From Azolla caroliniana (lineage: Eukaryota; Plantae; Polypodiophyta), in assembly GCA_043228905.1 (NCBI GenBank), contig JBHGNT010000004.1, positions 16,244,001 to 16,308,000 on the forward strand: a stretch of 64,000 nt of DNA, in the 5' to 3' direction. Under the pieces are notes generated by a model, which saw only the letters and a program-made list of their open reading frames with translations, searched no databases and had not been told where the DNA came from. The first letter of the stretch is position 1. Every line of letters begins with the position of its first letter. Both the position numbers and the translations under genes were made by a program. This document shows, in pieces, positions 1 through 10,910 of the stretch.

Positions 1-547
1 GCAATCGTCGGATTTTGTTGATCGTCATCTGGATGCTGTCTATATCTCCAAAGCAAGATTTAAACTCACTAATAAAGTCCTCAAAGTTATTAAGTAAGGG
101 CGATTGTTTTTCTAGAAGCGGAGCAAACCATACCAAGGTTGAGCCGCTAAGCAACGTGCCTATTAGGCCGACTCAGGATACATTAGTGGAGTATCGAGAC
201 GGATGCATTTGAATGACTAAGTGTACCTGATTGAGGAATCCCCTAAATTGTGATCGCGTTCCATCAAATTTCACAGGAAGTCCAATCTTGGGCTCTTTAT
301 GAAATCCTTGGGGACTTGATCCTTGTTGTTGCAATGCTGCTTCTAGTTGTTGCACACGTAACGCTAACTCCCCATGTTTTTGTTGCAACTCCCCATGTTG
401 CTGCTGCGTTTGTTGTTTTTCTAGGGAGATTTGTTGAAGATCTCCTAACAACCGTTGGTTTTCTTGTTCTAAGGCAACAAATTTTTCTTTTAGACACTGT
501 AGCTCGGAGAAAACGGATTGGTATTCTTGGGCGCTAACAGAAGCCAT
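1..547 (-). pseudogene. Ty3/Gypsy (Tf1/Tcn1-like chromovirus) gag, frameshifted; runs off the left edge of the window
   Basis: ATG at 547, a coiled-coil N-terminus, then EPKIGLPVKFDGTRSQFRGFLNQV. After a frameshift it continues LIGTLLSGSTLVWFAPLLEKQSPLLNNFEDFISEFKSCFG, typical of PEG10/Tf2-type retrotransposon gag. Confidence 0.85.
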
Positions 548-906
548 TGTATAGAAAAAGGATAAGAGGATGAGGGAAACCAAAAGAAAGACTAGAGAGG
601 GAAAATTGGTTCAAACTATCAGGAATAGTACTAAAACAGAGAGAGAATTAGTACTAGAGAAGGGAAGTACTATTAGTACTAAGAGGACGGGACTGCGTAA
701 GACTCCCGAGAGAGAGAAAAGAGAAGAGGAGAGAGAGAGAAAGATAGTGAGAAAGAGAGAGAGAGAGAGAGAGATGATGATAACAGATGATATATTATAG
801 GAAGAGTAAGTACAAGATGACTATGACGCTTAAGACTAGCGTTGAACCAATTTGGGTCAACATAATGCCTAGTGCCTTCTTTTATAGTGTTCTTAGGAGT
901 AATCCT

Positions 907-924
907 GAAGCTTCTAGAATGTTC
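907..924. promoter_or_regulatory. Perfect 4-unit heat-shock element in the Gypsy LTR U3
   Basis: GAAgcTTCtaGAAtgTTC, about 20 bp upstream (element sense) of the LTR TATA box. Confidence 0.65.
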
Positions 925-991
925 TAGAGAAATCTGGAATATACATTAATTTCCTATAATAAAACCTAAATGAAAATAATATCCTACGTAT

Positions 992-1761
992 TGACGGGAA
1001 CCCCAACGTTCCTTATGCGCGACGCTCGGCCACAACCGGGCGTAGAATGATACACAGAAAAACGGGAATTAAAACACGACACAAAAGGAGAGGAAGATAC
1101 ACACACACTACATAGGAGGTTTACATGGAAAACCCCAAACTAGGGGAAAAACCACGGCAGCCCACAGGCTGCAAACTGTCACTATGTATGAATGTACATA
1201 ACAGTGAGTTCTCGGAGGCAACGACCTCGGACTCACGCTCTTCGCCACAGGCGGCGGTTACAACAGAGGCAGCGACCTCTTTCTCTCTCACTCTCTCTCT
1301 GTACAGTTACGCACACTGATCTCTCGTGCAAAACAGAAATTGACAACAACAACTAAAAGTTTGCCCTAAGTCATATTTATACTAATATGACTTTTCGGCT
1401 ATTTACAAATATAGCCTCGATGGGCTCTCAGAAACATATTTACGAATATGTCTCTTCCTCCGGTTCTGCACCATCCGGCTCTCCGTAGCCGGGTACTCCT
1501 CATCCGGTTCACACCGGGCCTGCACCATCCGGCTCTCTGTAGCCGAGTACTACTCATCTGGTTCACACCGGGCCTGTATCATCCGGCTCTCCGTAGCCGG
1601 GTACTCCTCATCCGGTTCACCCCGGGCCTGTATCATCCGGCTCTCCGTAGCCGGGTACTCCTCATCCGGTTCACACCGGGCCTGTATCATCCGGCTCTCC
1701 GTAGCCGGGTACTCCTCATACCGTTTCTCCCTTCCCATCCGGAGGGACCTGTCTCCCAACA
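992..1761 (-). repeat. 3' LTR of the Copia element, containing about 4.7 copies of a 54-bp tandem repeat (about 1466-1719)
   Basis: Direct repeat of 5845-6614 with TG...CA ends. The repeat unit is 29+25 bp, and both sub-units start CATCCGG. Confidence 0.95.
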
Positions 1762-1771
1762 AACTCCCCCT

Positions 1772-4700
1772 TCACTCCGGCATGGGGTGTCTTACCAATC
1801 CGATTCTCTTCCGGCATGCATCCAGCTTGTCGGGTGTCAGCACTTTGGTCAGCATATCTGGCCTGTTCTCAGCCGTGTGAATCTTCGTCAGTGCGAACTC
1901 CTGGTCATCTACTCTTTCCCGGATCCAGTGATACCTCCGCTGGATATGCTTCGTCCGGGAATGGTAGGCCGCATTTTTAGCAAGGTGGATGGCACTTTGA
2001 CTGTCGCAATAGAGTCGGTATTCCTCTTGCCATATACCGAGCTCTCCGATGAAGTACTTCATCCATAAAATTTCCTTGCCGGCTTCCACAGCCGCCATGT
2101 ACTCCGCCTCCGTGGTTGACAATGCAACCGTCTTCTGCAGCCTCGACTGCCACGAAACAGCTCCCCCTGCATATGTCATTACATACCCGGATGTAGACCG
2201 GCTGGTATCCACATCAGCCGACATGTCCGAATCGGTGAAACCGTCCAGTTGAGGTTTTCCGGAGCCAAATCGGAGACACATATTTGAAGTGCCCTTCAAA
2301 TACCGGAGTATCCACTTGACCGCGTTCGAGTGTTCCTTGCCAGGATTACTCATGAACCGGCTCACCACTCCGACTGCGTATCCTATATCCGGTCAGGTAC
2401 ACACCATTGCGTACATCAAGCTCCCGACGGCAGAGGCATATGGAATCTTCATCATATCCGCCTTCTCTGCTTTCGTCTTCGGGCTTTGCTTGCCGGATAG
2501 CCTGCAGTTCGCCGGAAGTGTCGATCCGACCGGTTTCGCATCTGACATGTTGAACCGGTGAAGCACCTTTGTCACGTACTTCTCTTGTGACAGCCATAAT
2601 TGCTTCACTGACCGGTTCCAAATGATGTGCATCCCCAACATCTGTCTTGCTGGACCCAAGTCTTTCATTGAGAAGGTCCGGTTGAGAGCCTTCTTCAGCA
2701 TCCGTATTTTGACTTGGTCCCGTCCGACGATCAACATGTCATCCACGTACAGGAGGAGTATCAGTCCCCTCCTTCGAACTTCTTCACAAACACGCAGTGA
2801 TCGGTCTTCGTCTTGTGGTACCCTTGATCGGTCATAAAGGAGTCGAACTTCCGATACCATTGCCGGGGAGCCTACTTCAATCCGTATAGGCTCTTCTTCA
2901 ACCGGCATACCAGGTGCTCCTTCCCTTTCTCCACAAATCCTTCCGGTTGCTGCATGTAGATCTCCTCTTCGAGGTCGCCGTGAAGGAATGCCGTCTTCAC
3001 ATCCAGCTGCTCTACCTCGAGGTCCATGCTTGCTGCTATACTCAGCACCATCCGGATGGAGGTCATCTTTACTACCGGGGCAAATATCTCGTCGAAGTCC
3101 ACGCCCTTCTTCTGTTGGAACACCTTCACCACGATCTTGGCTTTGTATCTCGGGGGGTTGCCGGCATCTCCCGGTTTCAACTTGTACACCCACTTGTTTC
3201 GGAGTGCCCGCTTTCCTTTCGGCAGCTCCACCAATTCATACGTATGGTTCTCATGCAGGGAATCCATCTCATCCTGCATGGCACTTAACCATTTTCGGTT
3301 GTGGGTGTCTTCCTTCGCTTCTTCGAAGCTTTCCGACTCCCCCTCATCGGTCAGCAGAACATGCTCTGCATCCGGAAATCTCTGGGGCGTCCTTCTCTCT
3401 CTGAGAGGATATCTACTTCTTCGGGCTTCGGTAACTGGCTCCTCCATTTGCTCTTCATCCGAATCCGATTCGGGGTCTTGACCGGTTCCGGTCTCAGCTT
3501 CCTCTACTTCTTCTTCTGCCTGTTCGGTATCCTCACCGTAACCGGCTGGTTCCTCGAGTGCTAACCGGTCTCTTGCCGGTTGGGTCTGCTCATCGTAGAG
3601 TCTATCCTTACCGGTCGACTCGGAGTTCATTATCTTCTTCTCCGACTCCCAGTCGGCGAGCGTCTTGTCCTCCATGAAGATAATATCTCGACTCCGGAAT
3701 ACCTTCTTGTCGACCGGGTCCCACACTCGGTAACCGAACTCATCGTCACCGTAACCGAGGAATATGCATGGCCGGGTCTTTGGATCTAACTTTCCTCTCC
3801 GGTCCTTTGCTACATGCACGTACGCGAGACACCCGAACACCCTCAGATGCCGGTAGGACACTTCCTTACCGGTCCACACTCTCTGTGGCGTGTCTCCGTC
3901 CAAGGGTACTGACGGTGATCTATTTATCACGTATGTCGCCGTCGACAGTGCCTCAGCCCAAAACTTCTTGGGTAGTTTTGCATGCGCTAGCATACTCCGG
4001 ACCCTCTCCATTATGGTCCGGTTCATCCTCTCGGCCAGTCCGTTTAGTTCCGGCGTCTTCGGCACGGTAAATTCGAGCCGGATTCCCTTCGAGCGGCAGT
4101 ACTCCTCGAACTGCCCTCGGTACTCTCCTCCGTTATCTGTTCGAACCGCCTTCAGCTTCCAGCCGGTTTCTCTTTCCACTCTCGCGTGGAGCTCTTTGAA
4201 GACGGATAACACCTGATCCTTTGTCTTCAACGGTGTGGCCCACAGCTTCTGGCTGTGGTCATCTATGAACGTCACAAAGTACTGCGCTCCGGCATGTGAC
4301 TTCGTGTCTACTTGACACACATCCGTATGCACCAACTCCAGTGGTGCATTACGTCTCATCGGTGGCCTTGGTCGGAAGGAGGTCCGGTTCTGCTTACCGG
4401 CCAGACAATCAGTGCACTTCTCTAAGTGCACGTTCTTCACTGGAATGAGGTTGTCGTCTGCAAGCCTCTTCATCCCCTTCTCACTCATGTGACACAGCCT
4501 CTTGTGCCACAGCTCACCAGCAATGTCGGATGCCACGTTCACTTCTTTCGGGCATAACCGGGCATTCATCAGGTACAACGTGTTTACCTTTCGGGCCCGA
4601 GCCACAATCAGGCTCCCTTTGCTGAACTTCATGACACCATTCCAGATACTACCCGTGTAGCCTTCATCATCTAGCCGACCGGCTGATATCAGGTTCAGAC

Positions 4701-5814
4701 GAACTTCCGGAACGTGTCGGACATCCTTCAGCAGCAACTTGCATCCGGTTGGTGTTGTCAACCACACGTCTCCTATGCCGACAATTCGGCATGTTCCTTC
4801 ATTCCCCATCCGGACACAGCCGTGATCACCGGTTGAATAGGATGAGAAGCATTTCCGGTCCGGGGTAAGGTGGAACGACGCTCCGGAGTCTACCACCCAG
4901 GTCATCTCGTCGCCGGCAAGGTTTATCTCACACTCCTCAGTGATGAGCATCAACTCTTCTTCACTTGCCGCGATTGCCGTCGTTCCCTTCCGGTCCGGCC
5001 CCCTCCGGTCTTTACCGTTCCGGTCCGGGGTTTGCTTCGAATCGGTACCGTCGGTTTCCTTGTCTTTACAGAAATGCCGACAGTTCTTTTGGAAGTGTCC
5101 CGGCTTGCCGCAATAGAAGCAAGTAGGCCTCCCCCTTGACTTTGACCGTGTCCCCGACTTCTCCCGGTTCTGGGGACTACGGTTTCTATGTCTTCCGCGT
5201 TCCGATTCGGTAAGGAGCGCTTTGGAGTCAGAGCTCGTATCTTTATCCTTCCGACGCGCCTCCTCATCTAGCAAGCTCGACTTTACTCTTGCTAGGGATA
5301 ACCGTTTTCCTTCCGGCCCGGCGTTGCCCAAAGTGACAACCAACGTCTCCCAACTATCCGGGAGGGAACCGAGCAAGAGTAGCGCTAGTACCCCATTGGC
5401 AAGAGGTACTTCCAATGACGTTGCCTGGTGTATCAGCCCCTGGAAGGCATTCATGTGCTCCGCCATGCTGGAGCCATCTTGGTACCGGAGTCTTACTAGC
5501 TTCCGGAATACCGACACCTGATTGACAGCATTTTTGTTCTGGAACATCATGTTGATCTTCTCCCAGAGCTCATGAGCCTTGCTCTCTTCATTGAAGTTGT
5601 TGTACAGGCTCATGTCGATGAAGCACCGTATGTACGCCGTTGTCTTCATGTGCATCACCTCCCATATCGCGGCGTCGATTTTGTCCGGTCTCTTGTCCCC
5701 GAACTGAACCGGCAGCCAGAGGTCTTTAACAACGAGCATGTCCCTCATCTTCGACTTCCATACTGAATAGTTGGAGCCGGTGAGCTTGAACATGCCGCCA
5801 AATGATTCGTCCAT
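1772..5814 (-). pseudogene. Copia gag-pol polyprotein with two premature stops and one frameshift in RT
   Basis: Zinc knuckle CFYCGKPGHFQKNC, protease WVVDSGAS, integrase HKRLCH...C..C / TDNGGEY, RT YVDD, RNase H. Stops at LK*APRQW (2872-2874) and CT*PDI (2393-2395). Frameshift just before LILLLYVDD. Confidence 0.93.
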
Positions 5815-5844
5815 TTTTTGTGTCGATTTCGCTCTGATACCACT

Positions 5845-6614
5845 TGACGGGAACCCCAACGTTCCTTATGCGCGACGCTCGGCCACAACCGAGCGTAGAA
5901 TGATACACAGAAAAACGAGAATTAAAACACGACACAAAAGGAGAGGAAGATACACACACACTACACAGGAGGTTTACATGGAAAACCCCAAACTAGGGGA
6001 AAAACCACGGCAGCCCACAGGCTACAAACTGTCACTATGTATGAATGTACATAACAGTGAGTTCTCGGAGGCAACGACCTCGGACTCACGCTCTTCGCCA
6101 CAGGCGGCGGTTACAACAGAGGCAGCGACCTCTTTCTCTCTCACTCTCTCTCTGTACAGTTACGCACACTGATCTCTCGTGCAAAACAGAAATTGACAAC
6201 AACAACTAAAAGTTTGCCCTAAGTCATATTTATACTAATATGACTTTTCGGCTATTTACAAATATAGCCTCGATGGGCTCTCAGAAACATATTTACGAAT
6301 ATGTCTCTTCCTCCGGTTCTGCACCATCCGGCTCTCCGTAGCCGGGTACTCCTCATCCGGTTCACACCGGGCCTGCACCATCCGGCTCTCCGTAGCCGAG
6401 TACTACTCATCTGGTTCACACCGGGCCTGTATCATCCGGCTCTCCGTAGTCGGGTACTCCTCATCCGGTTCACCCTGGGCCTGTATCATCCGGCTCTCCG
6501 TAGCCGGGTACTCCTCATCCGGTTCACACCGGGCCTGTATCATCCGGCTCTCCGTAGCCGAGTACTCCTCATACCGTTTCTCCCTTCCCATCCGGAGGGA
6601 CCTGTCTCCCAACA
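5845..6614 (-). repeat. 5' LTR of the Copia element
   Basis: Direct repeat of 992-1761, followed in element sense by the Met PBS. Confidence 0.95.
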
Positions 6615-6621
6615 CGTATTA

Positions 6622-6698
6622 CAGTAGATGGTATAATGGTCAAGAGCTCGACCCATATAACATAAGGTCATGGGTTCGAGTTTTGCCATATCATGACA
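6622..6698 (+). other. tRNA-derived Pol III promoter-like module (copy A) at the U3 end of the Gypsy LTR
   Basis: A-box-like TGGTATAATGG at 6629, AGGTC variable loop, B-box-like GGTTCGAGTTT at 6673; spacing 44 nt. Confidence 0.6.
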
Positions 6699-9600
6699 AT
6701 GGGTCTACAAAACAAAGCATGATTCAAATGGAAATGTTAGTAGACTTGTGGTAAAGGGATATGCATGCCCAGATGCATGGATGGAATTGATTATGATGAA
6801 ACATTTGCACCGGTTGCAAAGATGGCAACATTGAGAACACTACTTGCTGTAAGAGCAACCAAAAGATGGGTTCTGCACCATATGGATATAAAAAATGCTT
6901 TTTTACATGGTAACTTGGAAGAGGAAGTAAAGGACACGTGGGCCAATCTCAAGTGGATTTTCACCACTAGCACAACGACCAGGAAGCTGCAGCTCAGGCA
7001 GGAGCTCAGCAATGTCCGACAGAAAGATCTGTCAGTGGTCGATTACATGGCTCGAATCAAGGAGATCTACGACTCTCTCACCTCCATCAACGTGAAAGTC
7101 GAGGAGGACGAAATGGTGTAGTTCAGAGCACTCTGAACGGCAGTCTGCACAATGGAGAATATGCCTTCGTTCTTAGAGCATCAGTCGATGTTGCTCGTGG
7201 AGGAAAATCACGTAGGCGCGTCGATGAGTACGAACGTCGACGGTAGGATGTTGTACATGGAGGAAGATAGGCCCCGTGGTCGTGGCAGACGAGGCAGATC
7301 AGCGCGCAATGGAGGCGGCCGAAAGGAGCAAAAGGTGCCGCATAATCGAAATGTCGGAACCAATTTCGAACCCTCCGGAAGTAGGGGAGGAGTCATAGCG
7401 GCGCCAGAAGCCGGCAAGAGGAGGCCATGACGGAATGTTGGTACTGTGGCAAGAAAGGCCACAGGGAGAGCAAGTGTTGGAAGAAGAGAGCTGATTCGGA
7501 CAAAGCCGGATCGAGTGGAAGAGACGTAGAGAGGCGTTAGAGGTCACACTACGCGGAAGGCCCCAAATGAGCCGATAATGGATCGGGCCTAGACTTCGTA
7601 ATGAAGCACAAGGCCAATTTGATGGTCGTGAACACCTTGAAATCGAGCGAGGTGTGGTATGTTGATTCCGGAGTGTCAAATCATATGACGAGTCATGAGG
7701 AAAAACAAGGCGTGGTCGAAACGGGAGACGACACTCCGCATACCATCGAACATGTCGAGGAAAATTCCCCTCAACCACGTCGAGCAGAAAGGGAAACTCA
7801 TGAACGTGTTGCACGTCTCGACTATAACCAAGAACCTAGTGTCGGTCGAACAGATCTTCGACCAGGGGATGCAAGTTCGATTCACGCACCTCAACTGCTA
7901 CATCGAAGAGGAAGGCCAAGTTATCGCGCAAGGGCGCCGTGAAGGGGGGATGTTTATCCTCGACACCAATCAAGTTGGAACCGCGCTGTTCGCGAAAGGA
8001 CAAAAGGTCGAATCAGATATCGACCTGTGGCATAAGCATTTCGACCATGTCAACTTTCCGCAGCTTCGTGAAATGCAGACAAAGAATATTGTGTTCGGAT
8101 TGCCGAAATTTCGCAGCCGGAATGGTCAAGTCTGCGAAGCCTGCCAACTAGGGAAGCAACACCGACTTCCGTTCCCAAACAAGTGTAATCGGAGTCGAAA
8201 TCGGCTCAACTTAATCCATTCAGATGTGTGGGGAATGGCATAGAACGTGAGTCTCGGTAGAAGCAGTTACTTCGTAACCTTCATCGATGACTTCACTCGG
8301 CACACCTAGGCGTGCTTGATTGCGAAAAAGAGTGAAGTCTTTGCGTGGTTCCTAAAGGTGAAGAGCCTTGCGGAAAGGGAAACTGGGCATAAGATCAAGT
8401 GGCTACGGTCCGATGGTGAGAAGGAGTACTTTTCCAACCAGTTCACAAGTTATCTATAGAAGGAAGGGATGTGACGTGAATTCTCGTGTAGATACACGCC
8501 GCAGCAGAACAGCGTGGCCGAGTGAAAGAATCGCACAATTGAAGAAGCGGTCAGGGCAATTCTTGAAGAGAAGTATATGCCGAAGTGTTATTGGGCTAAA
8601 GCCATAAGGACGGTTGTTTACTTGCAAAATCGGACCTCTACTAATGGAAGAGTGTCGCCACATGAGTTGTATTTCAAGAAGAAGCCAAACCTGGCACACT
8701 TGAGGATTTTCGGTAGCATTGTGTATGTGCATGTGCCGAAGGAGAAGAGGAGGAAGTTGGACGCCAAAGCCGAGAAGTGTATCTTGGTCAGCTATTCAGA
8801 CGAGTAGAAGGGGTATAGGTGCTATAACCCCTGAACAAAGGAAGTTCGTGTAAGCTGAGATGTCGTGTTCGACGAGTTCACTTCGTGGTACTTGCCTTCA
8901 CCCCCAATACCTCATGACTCTATTCTGAATTCTGAAGAAGAGGTCAGCAAGGCTGAGCTGCCTCCGCGTGATGAGGAGATCTGAGCTCTGACAGAGAGTC
9001 CAATCTCATTTCGGCTAAGTGGGCCGAATGAGGGGTTGGGCCGAGATGGCCAACCAAATGAAGAGCCGGCGAGTAGTGGAGACTTGGCCGTGTTGTCCCT
9101 GCTTAAAGAACCAAGGAAACAGTTTACGCATAAAGAAAAAGGGAAGAAGAAAATGTCGGAATACGATTTCGGTAATGCCGAGTCAGATCGGAGCGAATCT
9201 GACTTCGGGCCAATCAAGAAGGAATCTCCACGAAAGAGGTCAAAATCGGCCGAAAAGGTCGTGAGATCGGGTAATCACGAGTTACGCCAATCTACCCACC
9301 TGAAGAACCCCATTACGCGTACATGACATGAGTGGCAGAAGTGCGTGAGCCGGAGAGCTACATAGAAGCGGCGAAAGACGCGAATTGGCGTGTCGCAATG
9401 GAGGAAAAGATGCACGCTTTAACGGACAATGAGACTTGGGACCTGGTTGACACACCTAAAGGTGTAAAGCTGATCGAATGCATATCAGTGTTTAAGGTGA
9501 AATACAACACCGATGGCTCGATCAACCGATATAAGGCCCGTTTGGTTGCGAAAGGTTACGCACAAAATCACGGTGTAGATTACGACGAGACGTTCGCGTC

Positions 9601-10909
9601 GGTCGCGAAGATGACCACACTGCGCGTTCTGCTAGCCGTAGTAGCGGTGAAAGGGTGGCACTTACATCAAATGGATGTACAAAGGTTCCTGCAAGGCGAT
9701 CTTAAGGAACAAGTGTACATGGTACAGCCCCCCGGATAGAACACTTCGGCAGTCTGCCAATTGAAGAAGGCATTATATAGACTTAAACAAGCCCCACGAG
9801 CTTGGACGCAAAGATTATGCAACAGTTATGTAGAATGGGGTTTACGACGTCCAGATCGAACTCTTCATTGTTCGTTCGGCAAGGTTGACATGGACCGGTT
9901 TGTCTTTTACTTTATGTTGATGATTTAGTCATCGCCGGTACCGACCTGGAAGAAATCGGTCGTGTAATGTCTCAGCTTGCGGCATTGTTCAACATGAAGG
10001 ATCTTGGCGACCTTCATTACTTCCTCGGGATCGAAGTGATCCGTTCCCCCGAAGGCATATTGATCAACCAACGTCATTACGCGCTGAATATGCTCGTCAA
10101 GTTTGGGATGGCAGATTGTAAGCCCATCTCGACCCTTCTAGACAGAAACATCAAGCTTCGCTGAGATTCGAGAAAGGCGTGCAACCCAACACGGTTTCGA
10201 TAGATTGTCGGAAGCCTCATCTACTTGACGATCACTCAGCCGGACCTCAAATATCCGGTCGGCTTGATCAGACAATTTATGTCGCAGCCTACAACCGAAC
10301 ACTTTCAGTGCGTGCAAAGGATATTGCAATATGTCAATGGCACTAAAGACATGGCGTTGTTGTATCAAGCAGGCGTAGCCGAACAATTAGTTGGCTACAC
10401 AGATGCCGATTGGGCCGGAAATGCCCAGAATTGTAGATCCACATCCGGATACGCATTCTCATTGGGAAGTGCGGCAATCGCATGGAGCAGTAAGAAGCAG
10501 CCGACAGTAGCATTGTCGAGCACAGAGGCCGAATATCGAGGGGTGATTGTCGGTTCAGACTGTGTCTGGTTTGTACTCCCCCTCAATCTTGGCAAGTAAG
10601 GGACTATCCGTCCAAGGTCTGACATGAATTGTCGAAGCTTGTCGGCCTCTAGGGATTTGGTGAAGATGTCGGTTGTTTGAAGATTCATGTTGATGTGTTG
10701 GAGGTCGACATCTTCATGTTGATGTGTTGATGTGTTGGATGAAGTGATAGTGCACTTCGATATGCTTTATGCGTGCGTGGAACACCAGGTTTTGAGCCAG
10801 ATAAATACTACTCATGTTGTCACAGTAAAAGGGAGTCGGATCCTTAATGGGAACGCCCAGATCCTTCAAGATTATCTTCAGCCAAACGGCTTCACATGCA
10901 ACCACTACC
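6699..10909 (+). mobile_element. Decayed Ty1/Copia internal region, preceded by a short RT fragment (about 6740-6930); RNase H 3' end inverted (about 10547-10909)
   Basis: Fragmented ORFs: [11 protein letters not shown] (gag), WYVDSGVSNHM, LWHKHFDH...CEAC, RYKARLVAKGY, SSKKQPTVALSSTEAEY. The RNase H tail VVACEAVWL...KHIEVHYHF is on the - strand. Confidence 0.9.
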
Positions 10910-10910
10910 T

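Larger units (their letters stand above)
992..6614 (-). mobile_element. Full-length Ty1/Copia LTR retrotransposon (Tnt1-like), coding-defective
   Basis: 770-bp LTRs at 992-1761 and 5845-6614 with about 8 transitions between them. 5-bp TSD CGTAT (987-991, 6615-6619). tRNA-iMet PBS TGGTATCAGAGC (5842-5831). PPT next to 1762. Domain order gag-PR-IN-RT-RH. Confidence 0.97.
617..6698 (-). mobile_element. 5' LTR of the Gypsy element (about 454 bp net: 617-991 plus 6620-6698), split by the Copia insertion
   Basis: Element-sense termini TGTCA (6698) and TGATA (617, one change from TGACA). TATAAAA at 886-880. Lies directly upstream of gag. The two halves join across the Copia TSD CGTAT. Confidence 0.7.

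Noticed and set aside
1448-2068. ORFs with 18-aa repeats (also 6301-6627)
   Set aside because: By-product of the 54-bp LTR array. The sister LTR has 29-bp units that do not keep the frame.
2914-5766. Plus-strand ORFs opposite the Copia polyprotein (similar cases at 39544-41205 and 44881-47104)
   Set aside because: Antisense shadows of GC-rich retroelement coding sequence.
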